Translations under genes and position numbers: made by a program
Shown here: positions 41,172 to 49,762 of the stretch, piece after piece
Layout of the letters: each line of letters starts with the position of its first letter
How positions within the stretch are numbered: position 1 is the stretch's first letter
Source: a virus
Taxonomy: Duplodnaviria > Heunggongvirae > Uroviricota > Caudoviricetes
Length of the DNA: 64,000 bases
Reading direction: 5' to 3' (one strand)
Virus record (IMG/VR): IMGVR_UViG_3300035659_000001
The notes under the pieces: generated by a model
What the model was told of the DNA's origin: nothing
The model's database searches: none
Seen by the model: only the letters and a program-made list of their open reading frames with translations

Positions 41172-41516
41172 ATGAAAAAAGCAAAACCCAAGACTAAAGT
41201 TCTTTGCCCAGATCATTTAGAAGAATTAATTTGGATAAATAAAAACGGACTAAAACATACAAAATTTGTTGAAAAATGTCATGAAATTCCTAAAGATATA
41301 ATAAGCAAACTAAAATTTGAACCATACAAAGCTTTAGGGCACATGTCAGGTCTTACTGATACAAAAGTTTATCCAAGATTAAAAGCCGGAGATGTTCTTA
41401 AATTAAAATCTAGAAAATACGTTTTAGTTGGACACGTAAACAAGAATCTTGGAGTTTGTGACGATTGCACAGATTTTAAAGAAGAAGACATTAAAGAAAT
41501 TGCGTCATTCTTCTAA
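41172..41516 (+). CDS. Hypothetical protein
   Basis: AAGGT RBS. Confidence 0.7.
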   Translation: MKKAKPKTKVLCPDHLEELIWINKNGLKHTKFVEKCHEIPKDIISKLKFEPYKALGHMSGLTDTKVYPRLKAGDVLKLKSRKYVLVGHVNKNLGVCDDCTDFKEEDIKEIASFF

Positions 41517-41577
41517 TGTAATTAATGTTTTTTGTTGTTTAATTCGGTTAAAGTAAACTTTTACAAAAGAGAAAAAC

Positions 41578-41913
41578 ATGGAAAATCTAAAAGAAGCAAC
41601 TGAATTTCTTGATGAATTTTTTAATGATCCAGTCTGGCCCACTGAATATAAAAACGCTTGGCTCATCGTTAAAAAAGAATTAGAAAAATCACTACCCAAA
41701 TTATCAGACGTTGTTGATTATGTCTTTCTTGAACCAGACGCTCAATCTCCAAGAATTGCTGTAGATCGAGCTTACAGATTTATTGACGGCTATTTAAACC
41801 CTATCAAAAACTCAAAACCTCTTAACCTACAAATCTATGAATTAATTAAAAACAAAAACAAATGCACGTATGATGCAGTGATTGTCAAACTATTAGAGAA
41901 TCAAAATGAGTAA
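41578..41913 (+). CDS. Hypothetical protein
   Basis: Operon ORF. Confidence 0.65.
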   Translation: MENLKEATEFLDEFFNDPVWPTEYKNAWLIVKKELEKSLPKLSDVVDYVFLEPDAQSPRIAVDRAYRFIDGYLNPIKNSKPLNLQIYELIKNKNKCTYDAVIVKLLENQNE

Positions 41914-42190
41914 ATTCAATTTCATATTAGATCAACCCATTGAAAAAGAACTCACTCTGCCAACAGACAGATTCACTATCACTTTCATCGACAACTCACA
42001 ACTCACAAAAGACGTCATCTTAGACCCTGAATCAAAAACTATGCTCTTACTCTCTGAACATGAACCTGAACCCTCAGGCTATGGCATAATTGTTGATATC
42101 ACAGACTCAAAAGGTAATCATCTTTACAACATTACCAAAGAACAACCATTGGTCAAAACTCCTTCAATAACAATAGATCTGAATATATGA
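41906..42190 (+). CDS. Hypothetical protein with MSKFNFILD leader
   Basis: Shared N-terminus. Confidence 0.72.
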   Translation: MSKFNFILDQPIEKELTLPTDRFTITFIDNSQLTKDVILDPESKTMLLLSEHEPEPSGYGIIVDITDSKGNHLYNITKEQPLVKTPSITIDLNI

Positions 42191-42540
42191 ATAAATTCAA
42201 CTTTATATTATTAGATGATGACACTATTAAACAGGTATCAGACGAATCCAGTCACGTAATTGAAAAGTCTAATGATGATATTAAAGTAATTGAAGCACTT
42301 GAAAAACACGGTGTGTATAGTAAGAATTGCATTTTTGGTATTAATACTTTTGGATATTATAGCGGACATATTGTATCAGATTCATTCAATGAAAAATCTG
42401 AAGAAGAAAGACAAGCGTTTATCTGGAATATTATTAGACAAGAAATAAGCCCAGAAGATATTGCAAAAATAGCTGGAATAATGCCATTAACTATAGAAGA
42501 ATATAATCGAATTGTCATGGACGTCAATTTCAATGAATAA
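42187..42540 (+). CDS. Hypothetical protein with MNKFNFILL leader
   Basis: Shared N-terminus; C-terminal 'ERQAFIWNII' resembles a BolA-like segment (weak). Confidence 0.72.
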   Translation: MNKFNFILLDDDTIKQVSDESSHVIEKSNDDIKVIEALEKHGVYSKNCIFGINTFGYYSGHIVSDSFNEKSEEERQAFIWNIIRQEISPEDIAKIAGIMPLTIEEYNRIVMDVNFNE

Positions 42541-42664
42541 ATTCAATTTCATACTAGACAGCGTTATTGAACAAACTTCGTTGACTGAAAGATTCATCAC
42601 ATTTCTTGACGGCACACAAATAATAAAAGACATAGACATAAATAATGAAATCATTGTTATCTGA
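42533..42664 (+). CDS. 43-aa protein with MNKFNFILD leader (not in ORF track)
   Basis: MNKFNFILDSVIEQTSLTERFITF..., similar to the N-terminus of ORF 41906. Confidence 0.7.
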   Translation: MNKFNFILDSVIEQTSLTERFITFLDGTQIIKDIDINNEIIVI

Positions 42665-42899
42665 AGACGAACTAACTGATCGCCATCCAAGAAGCGAAGG
42701 TCTAATCACTAAAATAGTTAACTCAAAAAATCATTTCATATTTGATCTATATCCTCTCAACAAACTTGATCAATGCCAACTCATATTCAACACAAAAACT
42801 AATCAAATATACCAATCGGTCAAGCAAATCAGTCTCACTTGGATTGGCATAAAGGCCAATACCTCACCTAAAACTACAACAAATCAAACAAATTCTTGA
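42645..42899 (+). CDS. Hypothetical protein
   Basis: Operon ORF. Confidence 0.55.
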   Translation: MKSLLSEDELTDRHPRSEGLITKIVNSKNHFIFDLYPLNKLDQCQLIFNTKTNQIYQSVKQISLTWIGIKANTSPKTTTNQTNS

Positions 42900-42942
42900 A
42901 ATATAATCTTAAATCTACGACTCAAAACATGAATAATATATT

Positions 42943-43785
42943 ATGAATCCTAAATGGCTAATAGAAAACTTTGACGCTGACAATAACACTGTTAATAACC
43001 TAATCAATGAAGTCAAACGCCAAGGTCTACAACATGAAATTGTAAAATATCTACCATTCGGCTCAGGCAAATATGACAAATTCTCTAACGAAGACTGCGT
43101 AATATATCAAGGCAGCATTAATCTCGCTCAACAACTAATAAAAGAAAAACATTATATTCCGGGACCTTGGCTAACTGCTACAAACTATGAATGTACAACT
43201 TATTATTCTTATCTTGGCAAATACTTATTTAACAATGACTATTTAATATTGCCCAGAGCAGAAGTATTACGAAAAAAATTATGGCTCTACAACGAAGCTT
43301 TCAACAAACACTATGAACAATTATTTTTCAGACCAAACTCAGGCCTCAAACCATTCACTGCTAAATTATTTAACGAATACAATGATTTTGACTCGCAATG
43401 GTCCTGGATCGAAAACTTCACCGAACCAAACTCACTAATTATCATATCAACACCCAAAATAATTCTTGCTGAATATAGATTCATTTGCGCAGAATATGAA
43501 ATAATATCTGGCTGCCAATATCGCAAAAATGATAACATTAACCATAATACTTATACTACAGAAGCACTTGAACTTGCTAAAAAAATAGCTGCTGAAGACT
43601 TTCAACCAGACCCTATGTTCACAATTGACATTTGCTACGACGGCAACTACCACTTACTAGAAATAAACTCTTTCTCATGTGCAGGCCTCTATACTTGCCC
43701 ATTAGAACCAATAATAACTACTGCAAACAAAATTGCACTAAAAGAATGGACTGATGTTGACAACATCAAATGGAAAAAATCATGA
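42943..43785 (+). CDS. ATP-grasp domain protein
   Basis: 'LFFRPNSGLKPFT', 'EYRFI', 'FTIDI', 'LLEINSFSCAGLY'. Confidence 0.82.
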   Translation: MNPKWLIENFDADNNTVNNLINEVKRQGLQHEIVKYLPFGSGKYDKFSNEDCVIYQGSINLAQQLIKEKHYIPGPWLTATNYECTTYYSYLGKYLFNNDYLILPRAEVLRKKLWLYNEAFNKHYEQLFFRPNSGLKPFTAKLFNEYNDFDSQWSWIENFTEPNSLIIISTPKIILAEYRFICAEYEIISGCQYRKNDNINHNTYTTEALELAKKIAAEDFQPDPMFTIDICYDGNYHLLEINSFSCAGLYTCPLEPIITTANKIALKEWTDVDNIKWKKS

Positions 43786-44057
43786 TTAATCTAAATGACA
43801 AAATTATTTTCTTAATAGTCGCTATCATTGCAATAGTAGTAATAGTACAAACTATTGTCAACAGTCGAAGACCCATAATCACTTATACCAAAAATCCAAC
43901 TGACCCAATAACACAAAGAATAATCGCAATAAAAGAACTTTCAGAAAACTCATACTTATCTGCATCACAAATAGAAAACTTAATCAAACTTGCTTTAGAA
44001 AATAAACCTGAAAAAATAGAAATGAAAACTCAAATTAATGCGCCAAAAAAAGAGTAA
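43770..44057 (+). CDS. Single-TM membrane protein
   Basis: N-terminal hydrophobic helix. Confidence 0.65.
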   Translation: MEKIMINLNDKIIFLIVAIIAIVVIVQTIVNSRRPIITYTKNPTDPITQRIIAIKELSENSYLSASQIENLIKLALENKPEKIEMKTQINAPKKE

Positions 44058-44062
44058 AAATC

Positions 44063-44176
44063 ATGAGTCCATCAGTTGTAATATGTCCAATTTGTAGATA
44101 CCAACATTGGAACTGTTTTACTTGCGCAGAAACACAAGGAACCGAATACTGGAAAAAGGCGAAGGATATACCATGA
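44063..44176 (+). CDS. 37-aa zinc-finger peptide (not in ORF track)
   Basis: CPIC...CFTC; ATGA overlap with the next gene. Confidence 0.6.
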   Translation: MSPSVVICPICRYQHWNCFTCAETQGTEYWKKAKDIP

Positions 44177-44643
44177 TCTCAAAACAAGACGTTGAATCAA
44201 CAAAATCAGAAATAAATCAACTACAAACAATCATTAACCAAACTCTCAATCAACAATCTCAAAAAATAAAAGAACTCCTATCAAAAGTTCTATCATGCGA
44301 AGAAATCCTAAACCAATCTCCCTGGAATCTCCAACCAAAAAACACTCTATTCTCTACAACTATTCGTCATTCTATACTAGCAGATTTCTTACAATCAGAT
44401 TACCACTGCGCTCTTGAAAATGAAACTGTCAATTTATGCTTTAGTGACTCTGACATATATCTATACTTCAACAACAAAGACTCACTTACACAACTAATAG
44501 AAAAATATCACATCAAACTTGAAACTGATCACTTACTTCGCCAAGCAAAAAACTTACAAAAAACTATTCAAACAAACCAAAAAGAACTTGACATAATCAA
44601 CCAAGAAATTAACAAAATTCAACAAATAAACAACAAACTATGA
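44173..44643 (+). CDS. Coiled-coil hypothetical protein
   Basis: Start 44173 inferred from the ATGA overlap. Confidence 0.65.
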   Translation: MISKQDVESTKSEINQLQTIINQTLNQQSQKIKELLSKVLSCEEILNQSPWNLQPKNTLFSTTIRHSILADFLQSDYHCALENETVNLCFSDSDIYLYFNNKDSLTQLIEKYHIKLETDHLLRQAKNLQKTIQTNQKELDIINQEINKIQQINNKL

Positions 44644-44915
44644 AAATAACTACCTCAACTCTCAAATCCCTCGGCTTCACCAAACTACCTCTCTCATCTA
44701 CTCATGACGTTTTTGTCAACAACACAACTCATTACCCACTCAATCAACTCAGACTCCTCTACATCAAAAAACTAAAACTATCATATTACAACAACAACAC
44801 TAACTATAAATGTACTGACCTCAAATCTCTAATCTCAGCGATCTACTTCTCCGGCGTCAATTACGGCCACAACCAAAAACTACAACAAATAAAAAAACTA
44901 CTCGAACTCCAATAA
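44640..44915 (+). CDS. Hypothetical protein
   Basis: ATGA overlap; G-depleted codons. Confidence 0.6.
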   Translation: MKITTSTLKSLGFTKLPLSSTHDVFVNNTTHYPLNQLRLLYIKKLKLSYYNNNTNYKCTDLKSLISAIYFSGVNYGHNQKLQQIKKLLELQ

Positions 44916-44925
44916 AGGACTTTCT

Positions 44926-45168
44926 ATGATCTACTTATTCAACTACCCAGCAAAATGCCCAAACCAAATAAGCTCTACCATAACTCTCAATCTCGACAAC
45001 ATCACATTCATCGGATCTATACGCCAAACATGCGACGGCGCTACTTTCCCTATCATTTTCTCTAAAAAATCTATCACTATCTCTTGCCCATCTGAAGCTG
45101 CAGAACTTCTTGAAACAGAACGCATAAAACTAATCACAACTCTACAAAAACATATCAAGACATCATGA
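44926..45168 (+). CDS. Hypothetical protein
   Basis: AAGGA RBS. Confidence 0.65.
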   Translation: MIYLFNYPAKCPNQISSTITLNLDNITFIGSIRQTCDGATFPIIFSKKSITISCPSEAAELLETERIKLITTLQKHIKTS

Positions 45169-45591
45169 ACAAATTCAACTTCATCCTCAACGATCAACCC
45201 ATCGAATTATCAAAAACACCTCACGACATTCTCTCTGACTACATTGAACTCGACGTCAACTACCTCCTCTCTAACAAACTCGCTCTCATCTTCGGCGGCT
45301 GCCTCCGCGACATCATCTCAAACGCTTCCCATCCAAACCCTTCAACGTTGACATAGACATAGTCACTTTCAACCCATCCTGCAACGAAATAACACAATCT
45401 CTCTCATCATACACACCGGCGGCTACTCAATAACCTCATCAAACTCTGACTCTCTCCACCTCTACTCAACTCACAACATCAACGAACCAATTACACTCAC
45501 AAAACACACTAAAACAATCCCCAACGCGGCTGGACACAAACTAAATACTAACTTTATATTCTCTCTCTCTATATATATTTCACAACAATAA
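45165..45591 (+). pseudogene. Frameshifted paralog of nucleotidyltransferase 36940, with MNKFNFIL leader
   Basis: 'LIFGGCLRD' in one frame, 'DIDIV' in a second frame (about 45350) and 'HNINEPITL' in a third (about 45475). Confidence 0.65.
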
Positions 45592-45611
45592 CAAAACTCA
45601 CGGAGAACTCT

Positions 45612-45896
45612 ATGCAACCTAATAACATAAACAAAGAATTTATCAAAATCGCTATCTCAATCTCAAACCCACTCTCATCCTTCAACTCCTACACAAAAAA
45701 CAAATACTTCATCCACCCACACACTCGCAACAAAGTCAAATTCGAATCCCTCCCTATCCATACTCAAAAATTCATCAAATCTAAATGGCTCTCTCTACAA
45801 CCCTCAAGAGACAAAAACCTCTTCCTATCCATCGAATCAGACTTACAATACAAAAACCCTAAAGAAAACCAACTAGAATCTCAACTCGCTTACTAA
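45612..45896 (+). CDS. Small protein consisting mainly of the EFxKxA leader plus HPxTxxKVKFxSLP module
   Basis: GGAG RBS; 'INKEFIKIA...FIHPHTRNKVKFESLP'. Confidence 0.75.
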   Translation: MQPNNINKEFIKIAISISNPLSSFNSYTKNKYFIHPHTRNKVKFESLPIHTQKFIKSKWLSLQPSRDKNLFLSIESDLQYKNPKENQLESQLAY

Positions 45897-45898
45897 TC

Positions 45899-46213
45899 AT
45901 GAAACACTCAAAATCTATACAAACAGAATTCATAAAACACGCTATCACTATCACTAACCCTCACAAAACCTTCACAGACTTCATCTACAACAAAACCTTC
46001 ATCCACCCACACACTCGCAACAAAGTCAAATTCTCCTCTCTCCCACTCTCTACTCAAAAATTCATCAAAACACAATACGAACACCAAAGAATCCAAGAAC
46101 TCTACAACCTAACTCACAAAACTTTCTCACAAAAACCTCTTGACTTCTACCCCGGCGCTCAACACTCACCCCAACTAAAACACATCCTCGGCTACCCATC
46201 TTGGGCTTATTAA
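45899..46213 (+). CDS. Tandem paralog of ORF 45612
   Basis: 'IQTEFIKHA...FIHPHTRNKVKFSSLP'. Confidence 0.75.
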   Translation: MKHSKSIQTEFIKHAITITNPHKTFTDFIYNKTFIHPHTRNKVKFSSLPLSTQKFIKTQYEHQRIQELYNLTHKTFSQKPLDFYPGAQHSPQLKHILGYPSWAY

Positions 46214-46762
46214 CTACAATAATAAACCACACACTATATTAAAATCTACACTAAAATAAATCACACCCCCCTTAATCTACATAACCCTCTACAAACTCCC
46301 TCACTACATCTACTTAATTATTACAAGAACAATCTACTTTCCAAACCCACTAATAACTCACTCTATTAATAATCACTATACTCTTCTCACTCTCTATATA
46401 ACCTCAATCTATATTAAATAACCCTAAAACAACAAATCTATCCCATATCCTTCAATTACATAACCCTCTACAAAACTCGCTCCCAATCCAATAATAATAT
46501 CCCTTTAACCAATATAACCTCTAACACAACTATAAATCATTACAACTAGTCCCACAACTCTTTATTTAACATAATAATAACATGCCAGTATCTTACAGGC
46601 TACTACATAATAACAAAAACTAAAAAACATGAATACTACCCAATTCATAAACAATTATCTAGTAGAACAACAAAAACCAGATCTATAACAATAACAATAA
46701 AACATTAAAGTAATATAAATACAGATAACAAGAACCCAAATATCAAACAACATATTGTGGCA

Positions 46763-46957
46763 GTAAGGTAACAAGAGCCATTAAACTGTTGTTTCACCAC
46801 CACTTACACTAGCAATAACAATTTCACCTATAATTGTGACCCAACATATTTGTAGGGTAGGGTAGCAAGAGCCCCCAAATAAGAAACAAAACTTCCTATT
46901 TTAGAGCCTTAAACTCATGAAAACCCTACATCTATATGCGGTAGGGTAGCAAGGGCC
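46763..46957 (+). repeat. Three 17-bp direct repeats GTA(A/G)GGTA(A/G)CAAG(A/G)GCC
   Basis: Copies at 46763, 46857 and 46941; spacings 94 and 84 bp. Confidence 0.85.
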
Positions 46958-47020
46958 AGGCCCACACTCAACTTTCACGGCTCATTCTCAGACGCTCACT
47001 TCACATTACAGCTCACACTA

Positions 47021-48000
47021 TATTATCGATTATCACTTGTAAACCATTTCGGCGAATCGTCTAGAGATAATGTGCGGTTTAAAAAGTTGCTGTTAAAACA
47101 CAAGCACATTTACAGTTGGCCTGCTTTGAGAATCGCGTGTAATCTATTCGTGATTTTTTAAAAAAATGTAATATTTTAGGACTTGATAAAATATTTAGTA
47201 CTTGTGAAAAATACCCTAGAGAGAATAGTAACTGATAAAGTGAGATTCTAGAGAGTTATTTTTTAAAATATAAAGCGATCGTGCGCGATTAATGAAACGA
47301 GTTTACAAAAGAGTACTGAAAAAGACTGAAATTTGAGTGTGCTTTTTGAAGCTGATCTAGAGATAATGTGCGATTAACGAAAGTTGTTTACGAAATGGAT
47401 ATGAATTGTGAGTGTATAAATTTTGAATCACGAAGTGATAGTTCGTGAATAGCGAAAATCGAGTGAGTTATTTTTGAACTAGTACGTATGAGTGATTTTT
47501 TAAAATCGTGTGAGCTTTGTGGGCGAATTGTGAAAATATTTATAATAGATAAATAGCTACATTTTGAAGAGATTAATATTGTTTTATTATCTATTATCAC
47601 TTGTAAACTATTTCAGCGAGTCGTCAACACTTTGTGTGCGATTTAAAAATAGGTAGTAATTTGACATGAAAAATCGTTTGTAGTTTATTTTGATAATTAT
47701 ACATGACGTGTTCACGATTTTAAAAAAATGATGTATGAAAATGGTGAATAATAAGATTGTTTACATGTGTAAGTCTGGCCTATAGAAAAAAGACGCTAAA
47801 AAATATGATCTTTTTGACTTATTTTTTAATGAGATGAGGTAATGATGCGTGTTTTGCAAAACGAGTATACAAATGTGAACTGAAATGTGCTGTTTTTTGC
47901 TCACTGTTTTTTTAAATTGATCTAGAGATAATGTGTAAAAGACGAAAAGTAGTTTACTAAATGAACATTAATCATGAGTGCTTTTTTTTATGATCATGAT
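47021..48000 (+). repeat. Degenerate tandem duplication, period about 565 bp, with TCTAGAGATAATGTG cores
   Basis: 47021 matches 47585, 47148 matches 47712, 47353 matches 47918; cores at 47060, 47356, 47921. Confidence 0.8.
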
Positions 48001-48138
48001 GTACTGTGAGTGATTTGTAAAAAAATAGATTGTGATAGTAAGAATTAAGTGTTAAAAATATGTTTGAGTTTTTAGAAGTATAAAGACTGTGTGAGTGTAA
48101 TGCGAAAAAGCTTACAGTAAATAAGCAGTAGTTTTATC

Positions 48139-48235
48139 CATTTGTACATACGAGCTGCAGCTTAGTCTCAAAAATCAAAAATGTTATCAGTGACTGTTGT
48201 TAGAGAATTTTATGAAATGGGTCGAACTAGTACAA
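48139..48235 (+). repeat. About 97-bp dispersed repeat, copy 1
   Basis: Aligns end to end with 54572-54668. Confidence 0.8.
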
Positions 48236-48321
48236 ATTAAATCTAATTTGATGAGTGTTGTCTTTATAATCACACATAAATTTGTATGAGATGTAGTAGT
48301 GTACAAATAGAAAACGGCCAT

Positions 48322-49146
48322 TTATTGATAGTTTTTAGTTTTTTTAATATGAATTGCTAGTTTGGTAAGGGCTTGAACTTTAATTTGTCTGATGCGTTCA
48401 CGTGATAAATTGTGTAGTTTGCTTAGATTGTCTAATGTATAATTGTTGTCGTCTAGATAGTTATAATATTTTACTATTATGTCATATTCTATTTTAGTTA
48501 GTTTGTTTAGAGCGTAATCTATTAATAATTTGATTGATTGAATGTTATTTGAATCTTCTTGTTTTGAATCTATTATTGTGTCATGAAGAGTGAGTTCTGA
48601 ATCATTATGGATAATTGTATCCATTGATGTATAGTTGTAGATAGTTAAATAAATATTCTTGAGAGCTTTTTTGTTAGTAGTTGGTATCGTTTTTTTAAGA
48701 TGGTTTATTATTTCATGGTTAGTTGGAATTAATCCAGTTTGTTCAAGTTCATACTTAGTTTTGATATATTTATTTATTATGTTAAAATAATTAATAGGCG
48801 TTCGAATAATATCTATATTAGCAAGTTCATTCATAATTTCTCTTACAATATAGTGTCCAGCATAAGATACGAATTTACAATTTTGTTTTGAGTCAAAAAG
48901 TTTAGTTGCTTTAATCAATCCAAGATTTCCTGCACTAATTAATCTGTCTACATCTATATTATATTTTTTACTATATTTATTTGCAATAGTAGCTACGAAT
49001 AATAAATTAGATGTTATTAAAGTGTTTAAAGCTGTTTTGTTGCCGTTTTTAATTTTAACGGCTAGATCTAGCTCTTCATCTTTTGATAATAAACGATATT
49101 TTGTTAATTTTTTATAATAGTTATTTAGATTTTTATTAACACGCAT
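48322..49146 (-). CDS. Sigma-70 family RNA polymerase sigma factor (regions 1.2, 2, 3, 4)
   Basis: 'LLSKDEELDLA', 'LITSNLLFVATIA', 'AGNLGLIKATKLFD...KFVSYA', 'TLDNL...LSRERIRQI'. Confidence 0.93.
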   Translation of the reverse strand: MRVNKNLNNYYKKLTKYRLLSKDEELDLAVKIKNGNKTALNTLITSNLLFVATIANKYSKKYNIDVDRLISAGNLGLIKATKLFDSKQNCKFVSYAGHYIVREIMNELANIDIIRTPINYFNIINKYIKTKYELEQTGLIPTNHEIINHLKKTIPTTNKKALKNIYLTIYNYTSMDTIIHNDSELTLHDTIIDSKQEDSNNIQSIKLLIDYALNKLTKIEYDIIVKYYNYLDDNNYTLDNLSKLHNLSRERIRQIKVQALTKLAIHIKKTKNYQ

Positions 49147-49304
49147 TTTAGACTCAGTTTTTAGATTATTTAATATATTTGTATATGAAAGATATTATTT
49201 AGTTTTTATGTTTATTTGTAAACATGTGTACAAATGGCAAACAGCCATTTTTGTGCGAGATCATAGCACCGATGATAGTTGATTTTTCAGCATGACTGTT
49301 ACAC

Positions 49305-49571
49305 TTATGACATTTGTTTGTTGATAGAATTTAGTGCAGTTTGAAAAGCATTCCAAACAGATATTGGATCAGCTGTCCATAAAGTAAGGTCGTTATTTTG
49401 AGTTTGCATGATGTCTATATGCCCGCCAACTGATGCACCAATACGGCCAATAACATTCTTATTTTCATCAACAACGTCACCAAAACAATCAGCGATGTAC
49501 ACGTGTAATTGTCCGCCGTGTTTGTCACATATTTTTTCAAAAGTAATAGGTATTGTGATTTTCATTTCCAT
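49305..49571 (-). CDS. Hypothetical protein
   Basis: Operon ORF. Confidence 0.65.
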   Translation of the reverse strand: MEMKITIPITFEKICDKHGGQLHVYIADCFGDVVDENKNVIGRIGASVGGHIDIMQTQNNDLTLWTADPISVWNAFQTALNSINKQMS

Positions 49572-49762
49572 CAGCCTGATAGAGATTTGAAGTTAGTTTC
49601 TAGGCAGCAATATTTTTTATTACCGCATTCGGGACAAATTATTTGTTTAGTATGCTTAAATATACAGCCCTTACCATTACAAAGATCACAAACTACAAAT
49701 ACTTTGACGTCATTGCTATACACAATAAATAGACATGTTATTAATAATAATAATGTTTTCAT
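49571..49762 (-). CDS. Signal-peptide-bearing DnaJ-type zinc-finger peptide
   Basis: 'MKTLLLLITCLFIV', 'CDLCNGKG...CPECG'; TAATG coupling to the ligase stop. Confidence 0.6.
   Translation of the reverse strand: MKTLLLLITCLFIVYSNDVKVFVVCDLCNGKGCIFKHTKQIICPECGNKKYCCLETNFKSLSG

Larger units (their letters stand above)
46214..48321. other. 2.1-kb non-coding region at the GC-skew switch: candidate replication origin or joined genome termini
   Basis: 3 G in 300 nt at 46261-46560, G much greater than C after about 47 kb; genes converge on it; several repeat families. Confidence 0.65.

Noticed and set aside
640-46096. Numerous antisense or nested ORFs from the track (for example 640, 1519, 3409, 10341, 20941, 24665, 43311, 45908)
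   Set aside because: They shadow well-supported + strand genes and lack RBS or motifs
46763-46957. Three repeats as a mini CRISPR array
   Set aside because: Repeats are 17 bp and non-palindromic with 67-77-bp gaps, outside CRISPR ranges, and there are no cas genes
47388-47600. 70-aa minus-strand ORF in the non-coding region
   Set aside because: No RBS or motif, and it lies inside the repeat block; likely spurious
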